DNA of 63,333 nt, counting the filler, from Chthonomonadaceae bacterium (GTDB lineage: Bacteria > Armatimonadota > Chthonomonadetes > Chthonomonadales > Chthonomonadaceae), in assembly GCA_035650735.1 (NCBI GenBank). It is 5 parts of 5 records of this genome, joined end to end, with 100 filler letters (N's around TTAATTAATTAA, not from the genome) between each part and the next. Parts side by side here need not be neighbours in the genome. Positions count along the whole stretch, not along the records: positions 12,714 to 39,216 come from DASRGZ010000046.1; 4 more parts are not named here. The stretch is one strand, 5' to 3'. The translations under genes and the position numbers were made by a program. Every line of letters starts with the position of its first letter. Position 1 is the first letter of the stretch. This document shows positions 18,530 through 28,399 of this stretch, piece after piece. The notes under the pieces were generated by a model. It searched no databases. It was not told where the DNA came from and saw nothing but the letters and a program-made list of their open reading frames with translations.

Positions 18530-19456
18530 CTATTGCGAGATGATAGCCTCAAAGCCGGCGTCCTTCAGACGCTGTAGGGCCGATTCCGCGCTGCGCCGGT
18601 GCCGGAACACCCCGTTCTGTACCCGGTAGAGTCTTTGCCCGTCCGCCGTCCTGTAGGCGCGGATATGAATGGAGAAACCTTTGTCGCGGGCCGGTTGGGC
18701 TACTTGCTCCGCCTTCTCGCGCGTGGCGAAGACGCCAAGCTGCACACGGTAAGGTCCCGAACTGGCAGCAGCGTGATCTCCGGTGCTGTCGCGGTTTGGA
18801 GAGGAGCTTACATCGCCACTGACGGACCCAGCAGGCGTATCCGCTGCGCCCGCAGTCGTTCCCGTCTCCTTATCGAGAGAGGAAGGCGTTTGGGATACGT
18901 TCAGCTCGGAGGTCTGCGCGCGGCGTCGCTGGCGGGAGTGTGGGGCGTTCTCGCCATGGTCCGAGGCGGAGGGCGTTAGGTTGGCAAAGGGACTGCGCGT
19001 TGTCTCCTCGCTGTTTTGTGATGCATCCGTCTGGCTCGGGCCGCTATCCAGCGAGTCGGGCTGCTGCACCAGCGGCTTGTTCTCATCCACTGGATCAATG
19101 CTGGGGCCGGGCGTATTGGCGTGTGTGGAGGTGGTAGGCGCAGCCGTAGCGCTTTTTGGCGAATTGCCGGTGGAGGAGGTCGCGCCGGGCGTCGCCGTGC
19201 CGGAAGACGTCACAGCCGGGGAAGCACTCGCTGCATTTGAGGCGCTGCTGCTGCCGGAAGTCGTAGGGACAACGCTGCTGTTGTTGGTCTCCTCCAGGTG
19301 CTGATTGAACGGCAGCAGCCGCGCCAGAACAAAGAAGCCCAGCGCAAAGCTCAGCGCGATCAGGCCAAACATCAACACAAATCCACGCAGCCATCCTGTG
19401 CGGCTGCTGCGGACAGACCGGTAGGCCGGGTAACTCTCGCGATTTCGCACTCCCAT
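18530..19456 (-). CDS. SPOR-domain cell division protein (FtsN/DedD-like)
   Basis: N-terminal TM helix, S/T/P-rich linker, YRVQLGVF…YRVQNGVF…LKDAGFEAII. Confidence 0.85.
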   Translation of the reverse strand: MGVRNRESYPAYRSVRSSRTGWLRGFVLMFGLIALSFALGFFVLARLLPFNQHLEETNNSSVVPTTSGSSSASNAASASPAVTSSGTATPGATSSTGNSPKSATAAPTTSTHANTPGPSIDPVDENKPLVQQPDSLDSGPSQTDASQNSEETTRSPFANLTPSASDHGENAPHSRQRRRAQTSELNVSQTPSSLDKETGTTAGAADTPAGSVSGDVSSSPNRDSTGDHAAASSGPYRVQLGVFATREKAEQVAQPARDKGFSIHIRAYRTADGQRLYRVQNGVFRHRRSAESALQRLKDAGFEAIISQ

Positions 19457-19486
19457 CGTTCTCTCTTTCCTGCTGAAATTGCGTAC

Positions 19487-19515
19487 AGTCTACCTATTTA
19501 CGCTCCCCTTGTCAA
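19487..19515 (-). promoter_or_regulatory. Sigma-70 promoter of the SPOR gene
   Basis: TTGACA-17 nt-TAGACT on the minus strand. Confidence 0.7.
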
Positions 19516-19586
19516 GCGGTATCCCGGCGTCACAGGGCCACCGCCGAGCAAGGAGGAAAAGAGCAGGAGCCTTTCCGGCCGCAAGC

Positions 19587-19621
19587 AAAAGGGACTGTCA
19601 GCAGCAGCCAACAGTCCCTTT
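19587..19621. terminator. Intrinsic terminator downstream of the sigma gene
   Basis: AAAAGGGACTGT…ACAGTCCCTTT stem-loop. Confidence 0.65.
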
Positions 19622-19708
19622 CCCTTTCCGCTTACATCCCGCGCCCACTCACCCCACAGGCTCTAGTCGTGGGAGTGAGCGCGGCGGTCCCTCTATAGAC
19701 GTGTGAGG

Positions 19709-20785
19709 TCAGCTCACCAACTCGCGCAGGCGGCGATTGCGCGTGCGCTTGCGCAGCTTCGTCAGCGCCGAGGACTCGATCTGGCGCACGCGCTCGCGGG
19801 TCACCTCCAGAGCGCGCCCGACCTCTTCCAGCGTGCGCGGCTCCTCGCCATCGAGCCCGTAGCGCAGCAAGATGACCTCCCGCTCCCGCTGGGTCAGCTC
19901 CTCCAGCGCGGCCATGAGCTCGTCGCGCAGCGCCCCGCGCGTCGCCTCGGCCATCGGGTTCTGCGCCTCAGTGGCCGGGATCAGATCGGCCAGGCGGCTT
20001 TCGCCCTCTTCGCCGATAGGCATCTCCAGCGACAGCGGTTCCACTGCGCCGCGCAGGAGCTCGCTCAGGCGCTCCTCGCTCATCTTCATGGCGGCGGCCA
20101 GCTCGGCGCGGGTCGGCGCGCGTCCCAGGCGCTCCCGCAGCGTGCCGCGTGCTCGGTTGATCTTGCCCAGCGTATCGGTGACGTGGACCGGCAGGCGGAT
20201 GAGCCGGGCCTGATCCGCAATGGCGCGGCTGATGGCGCGGCGGATCCACCAGATGGCGTAGGTGCTGAACCGATAGCCCTTGCGATAGTTAAAGCGCTCC
20301 ACGGCGCGGATCAGGCCGATGGTGCCTTCCTGCATCAGGTCCTCAATCGGCATCCCGTGCCCCAGATATCGACGTGCGACGGAGGCCACCAGGCGCAGGT
20401 TGGCCGCGATCAGCCTCTCTTTGGCTTCCCGCGCCTCCTCGGGGTTGCGCGGGTTTTCCATGCGCCGCGCCAGCGCGATCTCCTGCTCGTGCGTCAGCAG
20501 CGAGACGCGGCCCGCGCGCCGCAGCCAAGCCTGGGTGCTCTCTTCGAGCTCGGCGCTCGGCTCTAGCTCCTCCAGCGTCGGCTCGACCTCCAGGATCGGG
20601 GTCGGCGGCCTATCTACCACCGCGATGCCGCTGGCCTCGATCTCCTCCATCAGCGCTTCGATGGAATCCGGATCCAAATCTTCGTTATGACTGAGGGCGT
20701 CCGCGAGGTCGCGGTCCGTCAAATAGCCTTGCTCCCGACCCCGTACCCGCAGGCGCTCCAGTGTTTCCTTCATTTGCGCGGGCAT
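19709..20785 (-). CDS. RpoD/RpoS-family sigma-70 factor
   Basis: Region 1.1-like N-terminus, [30 protein letters not shown]…[39 protein letters not shown]…[18 protein letters not shown]. Confidence 0.93.
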   Translation of the reverse strand: MPAQMKETLERLRVRGREQGYLTDRDLADALSHNEDLDPDSIEALMEEIEASGIAVVDRPPTPILEVEPTLEELEPSAELEESTQAWLRRAGRVSLLTHEQEIALARRMENPRNPEEAREAKERLIAANLRLVASVARRYLGHGMPIEDLMQEGTIGLIRAVERFNYRKGYRFSTYAIWWIRRAISRAIADQARLIRLPVHVTDTLGKINRARGTLRERLGRAPTRAELAAAMKMSEERLSELLRGAVEPLSLEMPIGEEGESRLADLIPATEAQNPMAEATRGALRDELMAALEELTQREREVILLRYGLDGEEPRTLEEVGRALEVTRERVRQIESSALTKLRKRTRNRRLRELVS

Positions 20786-21032
20786 CGCGCCCTCCTCTCT
20801 CTTCCCATTCGAGTTACCATCATCCGCACCGCCCGTATTAGCACCTCTCTGCGCGGCGGCTTCAGCTCTCCGGCAAGCCACTTTCGGGCGCAATGAAAAA
20901 GATGCATCTTTACCATTATGGCCAATGTCTGCCGTAACTGGAGGCCGAACAGCGCCCTCTCTCCGGTACACTCTATGACAAGGAAATACGAGCAAAAGGT
21001 TCAAATCATCGCCGAATTGGCCCTCGGATCGC

Positions 21033-21062
21033 AAAAAAAGCCCCCGGCAAGCGACCGGAGGA
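21033..21062 (-). terminator. Intrinsic terminator of a candidate sRNA
   Basis: Minus strand CCTCCGG-loop-CCGGGGG followed by C and seven T. Confidence 0.65.
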
Positions 21063-21242
21063 CAAGAGAGGAAGGCCCAGAGGGGGCTTCACCGGCTCTG
21101 TCTGTGGTTGGTCTCCTGCTTGCCGGACAGTGGCGAGGCGGCGGTTTCCTTTCTGGCTCCGTTTTGTCGCTACATATAATACGCAGCGATAGGCCGTTTC
21201 AACGCCGAAAAGGAGAGGTTTTTCCTCAAAGGAAGGGCAGTT

Positions 21243-21276
21243 CTACACCCTATACCCTACCCCCTACACCCTATAC
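21243..21276. repeat. Heptamer tandem repeat, about five copies
   Basis: CTACACC CTATACC CTACCCC CTACACC CTATAC. Confidence 0.85.
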
Positions 21277-21303
21277 GGTTTCCCTTGCCGGAAGCGGCCA
21301 GTT

Positions 21304-23916
21304 TTAGCCTTCTTCGAACGGCTGGTCGGTCAGTCGTGCCCACTGCATCCGCTTGATATTGAAGCTGTCGTAGCTGTTCGTACTGCGGCAGAACGCGCTA
21401 ACAAAGTCGCCGACGACCACGTGCGGCTCGATGAGGCGGCGTGTGGCGACGGGATCGCTTTGCCGCTTATAGGCGATCTCGACACAGCGGCGATTCTGGG
21501 CCGCCTGCGCCATCAGCACGCCTATCTGGGTCCTGTCATGGGTGCCGTTTGCGGGCGCGCGCTCTTCCGCCGTGACTGGAGGCGTGGGCGCGCTCGGAGC
21601 GGGCCGGGTGGCCGTATCCCAGGGCTTGCTGTCCTCCTGGGCGATCCGTTCCCAATCTAGGCTGTCGGCGGCAGCGGACGCGGCGCGCGTTTTGCGCGGG
21701 GCAGGCAGCGTGAACGCCTTCGCTACGGCCGCAGAGCGCGCCGCTTTGCGGGCCTTGGGCGCATCGTCGGAGACGGGCAGATACCCGGCCTTGCGTAGCT
21801 CGCGCAGCACCTTTTCGATGTCGTCGGCCTGGATCAGGGCCACCGTGTCGCTCAGAGCGCGCACGAAGTAGGGTTTGAGCTCACGGCGGGCCTGCAACTC
21901 CTGGAGCAGCAGCGGCGAGTCGACCTGCAAATACATCTGGGCCGTGCCGATGTGGATATGGCCGTGCTTATCGGCGACCTCGTTAATCAGGTACTCGATG
22001 TTCTGCGGGATGCCGGTGCGCGCCGACGTCTGCAGGAACGAGAGAAGCTCTCGGGGCGTCTTCCCGGAATCCAGGGCGTTGCGGATCGACTCGCGCGTCA
22101 GCCGTACCGTGTTGCCGGCCCCGCCCTTGGCGGGCGCTTCCGTCAGCGTCAGCAGTTGGAACAGCGTGGACGGCTCCAGATAGGGCGGCACGAAGATCTC
22201 CGCGTTGGCCTGTACGATGAACTTGTCCTCGCGCGGCTCCTCCGGGGGCGCTTCCGTCTCCGGCGCTCCCAGGAGATAGGCGCCCAGCGGCGTGAGGCGA
22301 TAGGCGTTGGCGTCCGGCTCGGCAGGCTTCTGCACCGCTTTGCCGCGCGCCATCGCAGCCGTCGGCTGCGCCGGGGCCGACGCGCCGCCCAGGCCGCCGG
22401 ATGTCGGCCCCGGCGCTTCCGTCCGGCCCAGCTCCGCCAGGCCCAGCCAGTAAAGACATTCGCCTACCAGCCGCCGCACGAACATCGCCGGAGAGGCCAC
22501 CAGATCCGGCCCCATGACGGCGCTCTGCGCCAGCAGCAGAGGATGCCGGAAGGCCAGCACGTCGGTCAGCGAGCTGATGTCCACGAAGGCGTCTTTGGGC
22601 GCGGAGGCCAGCAGGGCCAGCGTGGCCTGACGCATCTGCAAGACCTTCTCCTCCGGGCGATAGTCGTCGGCCTTGAGCAGAGGGTCATTGTACATCTCGG
22701 CCCAGACCATGCCGGTGCGCCAGGCTTCAAACAGCGCGCGCACCTGAGTCGTCATGTCGGCATGGAGCCAGGCTTGGCCGCGCTCGGTTAGCGTGTAGAC
22801 CGCTCTCTCTCCCTGCGGCGCGATAAGTTGCGCCTGGCGGCAGAGGGCGTAGATAAAGGCGGCGTACCGCTCCTCCGGCAGGCTGAGGGAGCGCGCCGCG
22901 TTCTTCAGGTTGGTCTTGTGAATGTGGCCGGTATTGGTGCGGACGGCCTCCTGCGTGGCGACGTAGGCCAGCAGGCTCACGGCGTCGCGTATCAGTGTGC
23001 TATGATGGGTACGGGTCGCGGGCGGCTCCGTCAGCGGCACCGGCGCCTCCAGCGCGCGCGTCCAGAAGGCGGTGTTGACGTCGCCGGTCAAGGTGCGCAG
23101 CAGATCGCCGGGCAGCACCAGATAGAGGTTGAACGCATAGCCGTGCGAGACGACGTACAGGATGCCCCGCGCCAGCAGATGGTCCACGGCGTTGCGCTCG
23201 CGTCCCTGCTTCCAGCGGTTCTGCCAGTCGTAGCGGAAGAAGTCGTCCGTGCGCCCACCCAGCACGGCTGTCGCCACGTCGAGCGGCGTGGCCCAGCCGC
23301 CCACCTGGATCAGGTACTCCAGGACAGCGACCTCCTCCTCATCCAGCGGGTTGTTGAGGGCCTGGGGTAGATCGCTCTGCAATAGATGGCCGCGAATGGC
23401 CTCGATGATCTGGTTTTTCGAGCCTGGCTCGCGCCCGAGCGCCAGGTTAAAATAGATGCGCTTGAGGGCCGGCATATCGTAGGCGTTCAGGCAGCGCGTC
23501 AGCGAGTAGCGGTCGGGCAGTGAGGCGGGAATATGCGGGCGCACGGCGTCCGGCAGGAAGACGTTGCCGTTAGACAGGCGGAAGGCCAGGCCCAGGACTT
23601 CCAGGCGGGCCACTACGCCGGCCAGCGCCTCTGAAAGCGAGGAGCCACCAGCCGCCGCCACTACGCACTCCCAGGGTACCTCCGCGCCGCCCTCCAGGGA
23701 GAGCATGAGCTGCAACAGGCGCAGCTCGCGGGCGTTGCACTGGGTGATGGTCTTGGCAATGGAAGCCGCTTTGCTCAGCTCGCCTGCCAGGAATTGCACT
23801 AACTGACGTTTGCTGGGAGTAAGCGAGAACTTGGTGAGCGCCACATCCCGCGTCTGCACCAGGGCGCGCAGGCGCTCGGTCGGCAGTCCATAAAGCGCCT
23901 CAGCCAGCGATGCCAT
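21304..23916 (-). CDS. Helicase-associated (Helicase_C_3) domain protein with C-terminal WYL domain
   Basis: FIVQANAEIFVP…RLTRESIRNAL…IPQNIEYLINE; C-terminal VEIAY…RRLIEP…AFC…FNIKRM. Confidence 0.8.
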   Translation of the reverse strand: MASLAEALYGLPTERLRALVQTRDVALTKFSLTPSKRQLVQFLAGELSKAASIAKTITQCNARELRLLQLMLSLEGGAEVPWECVVAAAGGSSLSEALAGVVARLEVLGLAFRLSNGNVFLPDAVRPHIPASLPDRYSLTRCLNAYDMPALKRIYFNLALGREPGSKNQIIEAIRGHLLQSDLPQALNNPLDEEEVAVLEYLIQVGGWATPLDVATAVLGGRTDDFFRYDWQNRWKQGRERNAVDHLLARGILYVVSHGYAFNLYLVLPGDLLRTLTGDVNTAFWTRALEAPVPLTEPPATRTHHSTLIRDAVSLLAYVATQEAVRTNTGHIHKTNLKNAARSLSLPEERYAAFIYALCRQAQLIAPQGERAVYTLTERGQAWLHADMTTQVRALFEAWRTGMVWAEMYNDPLLKADDYRPEEKVLQMRQATLALLASAPKDAFVDISSLTDVLAFRHPLLLAQSAVMGPDLVASPAMFVRRLVGECLYWLGLAELGRTEAPGPTSGGLGGASAPAQPTAAMARGKAVQKPAEPDANAYRLTPLGAYLLGAPETEAPPEEPREDKFIVQANAEIFVPPYLEPSTLFQLLTLTEAPAKGGAGNTVRLTRESIRNALDSGKTPRELLSFLQTSARTGIPQNIEYLINEVADKHGHIHIGTAQMYLQVDSPLLLQELQARRELKPYFVRALSDTVALIQADDIEKVLRELRKAGYLPVSDDAPKARKAARSAAVAKAFTLPAPRKTRAASAAADSLDWERIAQEDSKPWDTATRPAPSAPTPPVTAEERAPANGTHDRTQIGVLMAQAAQNRRCVEIAYKRQSDPVATRRLIEPHVVVGDFVSAFCRSTNSYDSFNIKRMQWARLTDQPFEEG

Positions 23917-24140
23917 ATTTGCCGTCTCCTATCTTCCCACACCGCAAAACTGCGCGCCCTGACGCCGCCTGGCATCAGGGATCGCAGCCTGCCACGCAAA
24001 AAGCCCTGCCAAATGCAGAGCAAAACGAATTATTGTAGCATAATTCTGGAGCCGGCGTTTCATATTCACAGCAATTGCTTCACACGGAGCTTGACTTCTC
24101 GGGCTGGCAAGCGGTCTGCGTAGATTACCTCCATCTCCGT

Positions 24141-24689
24141 TTAAGGGGCTGCCTGCCAGAACTTCAGTTCGTAATAGATGTTGACCAGGGTCGCCCCGTT
24201 GCCCTTCCGAGCGCCCGCGAACTTAAACATCGGCTGCTCGCAGTTGGTGCCCTGCATATAGCCAAAACTCCCAGTCTTCGCCCGTGCTTCCATCCTAGAA
24301 GTGACTGTACCATCGTAATAGCCGAGAATTGACGAGACGTGGATGTCGGGGTAGCCCGTTCGCCAGCGCACCATGAACATGCCGCTGTCACAGCCGTTCA
24401 TCGTGGCGGGGAAGTTTGGGATTCCTGCCCATCCTCCGCCCTTGAAGACGCGCAGGCTCCCCCGACAAGAGAAAGGCTTGCCCCAGAAATCCCTGTTGCC
24501 CTCAGAACGGAACCCGCTCAAGGTGCGGGGGAAGGCTGGGATCATATCGCTGGAGCGCGCCAGGTGCACACCTCGTTTTTCGGGCCAGGGTGGTCTGCCA
24601 GACGAGGGCGTAGGACTTCCTACCTGGATAAACATAACAGCCGCTATGCCAGCAGTAATGGCAGTGAGTGTCTTGGCTCTTCGCGCCAT
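24141..24689 (-). CDS. Secreted hypothetical protein
   Basis: AAGGAG RBS before ATG 24689; signal-like [22 protein letters not shown]; Cys-containing mature part. Confidence 0.65.
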   Translation of the reverse strand: MARRAKTLTAITAGIAAVMFIQVGSPTPSSGRPPWPEKRGVHLARSSDMIPAFPRTLSGFRSEGNRDFWGKPFSCRGSLRVFKGGGWAGIPNFPATMNGCDSGMFMVRWRTGYPDIHVSSILGYYDGTVTSRMEARAKTGSFGYMQGTNCEQPMFKFAGARKGNGATLVNIYYELKFWQAAP

Positions 24690-24699
24690 AAGTTCTCCT

Positions 24700-24998
24700 T
24701 TCTCGGACGATGCGCTTCTCTCGCCGCTTGATCTGCTTGAGCTTGCGTCTCTTGCCCTGTTTCTGCAACCGCTTACGAAGGCGGCTGTATTTCTTATGGA
24801 GCGGCCTGTCTTGCACCGTTTGTCCCTACCGTATTTTCTGAGTATTTGGTTGGCTATAGCTGATTTGAGTTGCAGATGCTTGACGCGCTTGGAGGAAGGC
24901 CTACCCCGATGGCGGATGGCGAATTCGGCCACCTGCCGGGCGCGGGAGAGTTCAGAGGAGAAGTCCCGCTCATGCCGCATTGTGTAGGTCAGGATCAT
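24700..24998 (-). pseudogene. tnpB: Internally deleted TnpB-family (IS200/IS605) remnant
   Basis: Frame 1: [28 protein letters not shown]…[15 protein letters not shown]. After a junction near 24810 another frame reads [16 protein letters not shown]…[11 protein letters not shown]. Recognised from memory of compact TnpB proteins, not from a search. Confidence 0.65.
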
Positions 24999-25042
24999 AG
25001 ACGTGTCTTTTGATCTTGAATGGAGGCTTGCAGCACACAAGC

Positions 25043-25071
25043 ATTTTATCGGCAAGCGTGTTGTTTGTCAA
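25043..25071 (-). promoter_or_regulatory. Near-consensus sigma-70 promoter upstream of the tnpB remnant
   Basis: TTGACA-17 nt-TAAAAT. Confidence 0.75.
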
Positions 25072-25221
25072 CCTAAATCCACACACGCCACAAAGCGTAG
25101 AAATGCATTGGGAGCAGCAGGGGACCATCCCTCTACCCCGAAAGCGCGTAGGCTTTTCGTCCTCCTGCACCCCTGGATTCTGTACCACCTCCTTGTTGCC
25201 ACCCGATTAGGATAAAGGGGC

Positions 25222-25250
25222 TTGACGAAGCTGGCGGAAAATGTTAACAT
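25222..25250 (+). promoter_or_regulatory. Putative sigma-70 promoter of the XRE-TPR gene
   Basis: TTGACG-17 nt-TAACAT with TG extension. Confidence 0.5.
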
Positions 25251-25330
25251 AAGGCCCAGAAAGGCGCGCAACCTTCTCCGAACCGTGTTCTCCCCCCTTC
25301 CCCCCAAACGTAGGCGCGTGACGACGCGGC

Positions 25331-27241
25331 ATGGATCTTCGTACCCGACAGGGAAGGCGTGAACAAGGCCAACGCATTCAGCGAGCCGTCGAACGCGCCG
25401 GCCTCTCCGTAGAGGAGCTGGCCGGGCGCATCGGTTGTTCACGCGCCCTGATCTATCAATACCTCTCCGGCACCACCCTGGCCCAGCCGGATCGCCTACA
25501 ACAGATCGCCAGGGAGTGCGACGTTCCCCTGACCTATTTCTACAGCGAAGCCCCCGAGGCCGACCCAACCGCGGCGCCCACCGAAGGACGCGAGGGACAG
25601 AGCCTTGCCCCGCCCATCGAAGTCACCGCGCGGCTCAGCGATAGCCTGCGGGCCTTCCAGGAGCTAGCCGCCGCGCAGGAGAGCCCGCCCGACTATCGCG
25701 CCTTGGCCGCCACCTGCGAGCGCATTCTGTCCCTGGCTGCCCAATTAGGCGACCGGGCCGCGCAGGCCCGCGCCCAACTGCGCCTGGGCAACGCCCTCCT
25801 GGGCATCGCCGACTATCCCCGCGCCGCCGATGCCCTGGCCCGCGCCGTCGCCCTGGCCGTCGAAGTCGGCGCGACCGAGAGCGAGACCTCGGCGCGGCAG
25901 AGCCTGGGCAAGGCGCTCGTCGCGCTGGGCCGCGCCAACGAAGCCTGGGAGCAGTTCGCCCGCATCGCTCGGGGGCCGGATTTCGCCGGGCGCTGGCAGG
26001 GCACGCTCTCGCTGGGCTGCATCCATGAGATGCGCGGCGAGTACCGGCAGGCCATGCAGCGCTTTGATGAGGCCGCCGCCATCCTCGAAGAGAGCGAAGC
26101 CAACGGCCTGGCCAGCCCGCAGGCCGTCGCCATCGGCCTGCTCTATGTCAATGCCAATCGTACCAACGTCTATCTAGATGAGGGCGATTTTCAGGGCGCG
26201 CGCCCACTGGCTGAGAAGTGCCTGGTGGATGCCGAGAGCCTGGGCATCGCCGAACAGCACCTCGAAGCGTACCTGAACCTGGCCTGGTGCGACTTCTACC
26301 TGGGACGCTGGGACGGCGCCTATCGCAGCCTGACGACCATGCTCCAGTTGGCCCGCTTTGTCGGCGACCAGGGACGCGAGACGCTGGCGCGCGCCTGGCT
26401 GGGCATCTTCCTGGCGGCGGCGGGCGACCACGATACCGCTATCGCCCACGGTAAGGATGCGCTGGCGATGGCCCTCTCGCGGGGCGACCGCCGCGCCGAG
26501 CTTTACGCCCAACTGGCTCTGGCCGATGCCTATACCGGCGCGACGCGCCGCGATAGCGAGGCCCGCTATCATACCAATCAGGCGCTGGCCGTGGCGACCG
26601 CCCTGCGCCACGACCGGGATGAGATCGAATGCCGTCTGCGCCTGGCCCGCTTGAGCGCGCAAATAGACGACCTGCCGGAACTGCGCGAGGCTGCCGCTCG
26701 CGCCCTGCACCTATCGCAGCGCCTGGGGGCGCGGCACCTGGAGAGCCTGGCGCGCTTCTGGCTGGCGGAATCGCTGCGCCGTGTCCCCCTGGCGGAGGCA
26801 GAAGCGCACCGGAATGGTTCGCCCGCAGCGGATAAGAATGCGGATAAGGCCGTCGCGACGGCGCTGGCCCACTCGCGCCAGGAGGCCGCTGCCGCCCTAC
26901 AAGTTGCCGAAGAGCTGGGCCTTGTGGAGCCGCGCTGGCGGACGCACGCTTGCCTGGCGCAGCTAGCCATGCAAGAGGGCTCGGATGATCTCGGAGCCGA
27001 GGCGGGCCTGCGGGCCGCCGTCTCCGTGCTGGAGGCCCTGCGCGCAGCGCTGCGAGAGGCAGGAATTCCCGATACGCTCCTGGAAAATGAGGAGTGCGCC
27101 GCCGTCTATGCGCATCTGGCGCGGCTGCTGCGACGGAGCGGGCGCGAGGAGGAGGCGGAGGCTTTCCTCGATCAGGCGGGCTGGCCGCCTCTGCTCGTCC
27201 AGCTTGCCGCTTCGACCGATGCGGCCACCGACCTCCCGTGA
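25331..27241 (+). CDS. XRE helix-turn-helix plus TPR transcriptional regulator
   Basis: GLSVEELAGRIGCSRALIYQYLSG…IAREC…LTYF, then about 10 TPR-like helical repeats. Confidence 0.85.
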   Translation: MDLRTRQGRREQGQRIQRAVERAGLSVEELAGRIGCSRALIYQYLSGTTLAQPDRLQQIARECDVPLTYFYSEAPEADPTAAPTEGREGQSLAPPIEVTARLSDSLRAFQELAAAQESPPDYRALAATCERILSLAAQLGDRAAQARAQLRLGNALLGIADYPRAADALARAVALAVEVGATESETSARQSLGKALVALGRANEAWEQFARIARGPDFAGRWQGTLSLGCIHEMRGEYRQAMQRFDEAAAILEESEANGLASPQAVAIGLLYVNANRTNVYLDEGDFQGARPLAEKCLVDAESLGIAEQHLEAYLNLAWCDFYLGRWDGAYRSLTTMLQLARFVGDQGRETLARAWLGIFLAAAGDHDTAIAHGKDALAMALSRGDRRAELYAQLALADAYTGATRRDSEARYHTNQALAVATALRHDRDEIECRLRLARLSAQIDDLPELREAAARALHLSQRLGARHLESLARFWLAESLRRVPLAEAEAHRNGSPAADKNADKAVATALAHSRQEAAAALQVAEELGLVEPRWRTHACLAQLAMQEGSDDLGAEAGLRAAVSVLEALRAALREAGIPDTLLENEECAAVYAHLARLLRRSGREEEAEAFLDQAGWPPLLVQLAASTDAATDLP

Positions 27242-27249
27242 GGAGTGCC

Positions 27250-28083
27250 ATGACGTCCGGCAATGCAAGACAAGACACCGCCGCTCCTTCCCGCCCGCAG
27301 AGGGAACCGGGAAAGCGGCAAAGCGGACAGAACCAGGCATCTATTTTGCCCTCTTCCCTCTTGCTGCGAGCGGCCCTGTGGCTGGCCCTGTGGGTTGTGC
27401 TGATACAGGCGCTCGGCTGCGGTAACGGCATCAATGGCATCAGCGGCGGCAGTATCCCCACCGGCGGATCGCGCCTCACGGGCCGGGCCGTCACCGCAGA
27501 AGACCCGCGCGTGCCGATCTCCAATGCGACGGTTAGCGTGCAGACGACCGTTCCCGGCCAGGCCCCGCAGACGCTCCAGGTCACGACCGACGCGGAAGGT
27601 AATTTCGCCTTCCCGCAGGTGCCCACCGGCAGCGTGAACAGCCGTGTGCAGGTCACGGTGCGCGCCCCCGATTCCCTCTTCCGCCCGCTAGCGCTCTCGT
27701 TCCTGCTGACCAATCAGCGGCCTGCGACCCTGATCGCCGCCCTGCCGGCCTCCTCGTTTGACGTGGCTCGCGGCACTTCCGTCACCATCATGCCGCCGGC
27801 AGCTAGCGTCCATGTAGGGGATACGATTGTGTTCACGGCGCAGGTGCGTGACCGCGCAGGCAACGTTCTGCCCATCATGCCGTCCCTGCTTTTCGACGGC
27901 GATTTCGGCACGCTCAATTCCGACGGCACGTTCACCGGCACCGGCACCGGCACCGGCAGCATCGTCGCCTACTGGTATGGCGGCATCACCTCCGCCGCGC
28001 AGGTCACTTCCAACGAAACGACGCCGTCCTCTCCGCCGCCGCCCCCACCGGTGTTCCCACCGGAAAAACCCATTACGAAATAG
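27250..28083 (+). CDS. Putative lipoprotein with carboxypeptidase-regulatory-like and Ig-like domains
   Basis: GAGGAG RBS, ALGC lipobox, PISNATVSV…TTDAEGNFAF, VTIMPPAASVHVGDTIVFTAQV, Pro-rich tail. Confidence 0.7.
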   Translation: MTSGNARQDTAAPSRPQREPGKRQSGQNQASILPSSLLLRAALWLALWVVLIQALGCGNGINGISGGSIPTGGSRLTGRAVTAEDPRVPISNATVSVQTTVPGQAPQTLQVTTDAEGNFAFPQVPTGSVNSRVQVTVRAPDSLFRPLALSFLLTNQRPATLIAALPASSFDVARGTSVTIMPPAASVHVGDTIVFTAQVRDRAGNVLPIMPSLLFDGDFGTLNSDGTFTGTGTGTGSIVAYWYGGITSAAQVTSNETTPSSPPPPPPVFPPEKPITK

Positions 28084-28098
28084 AGACGACGCCGTAAA

Positions 28099-28134
28099 CA
28101 GGCCGGACGGTTAATCCGCCCGGCCTGCGTTTTT
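28099..28134 (+). terminator. Intrinsic terminator
   Basis: CAGGCCGG…CCGGCCTG stem followed by a T run. Confidence 0.6.
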
Positions 28135-28244
28135 GCTGCCCCTTTCCCCTCCGGCCTGTGATATAATAGCTCTGCAAGCCGGGGATTTTCGATGCCCGGC
28201 TCTCACTTAACCCTGTGCAGCGTTCTTCCCCTTTTGGGTTAGAG

Positions 28245-28399
28245 ACCTCACCCCGGCCTGCGGCCACCCCTCTCCTCCTAAAGGAGAGGGGAGCGGCCCC
28301 CACCCCCTTCCCCTCCCCAAGAACAGGGGAGGGGAGAGCAAGGGCAGTCAGGCCCCTCTCCTTACGAAGGAGAGGGATGGCCGCAGGCCGGGGTGAGGT
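28245..28399. mobile_element. MITE/REPIN-like element with 22-bp terminal inverted repeats
   Basis: ACCTCACCCCGGCCTGCGGCCA (28245-28266) and its reverse complement (28378-28399); TAGAG on both flanks. Confidence 0.8.

Noticed and set aside
20786..21034. N-terminal extension of the sigma factor
   Set aside because: A GGAGG RBS precedes ATG 20785 and the upstream residues look non-coding.
24141..25055. Single 304-aa protein
   Set aside because: Better explained as TnpB fragments upstream of a gene with its own RBS at 24689.
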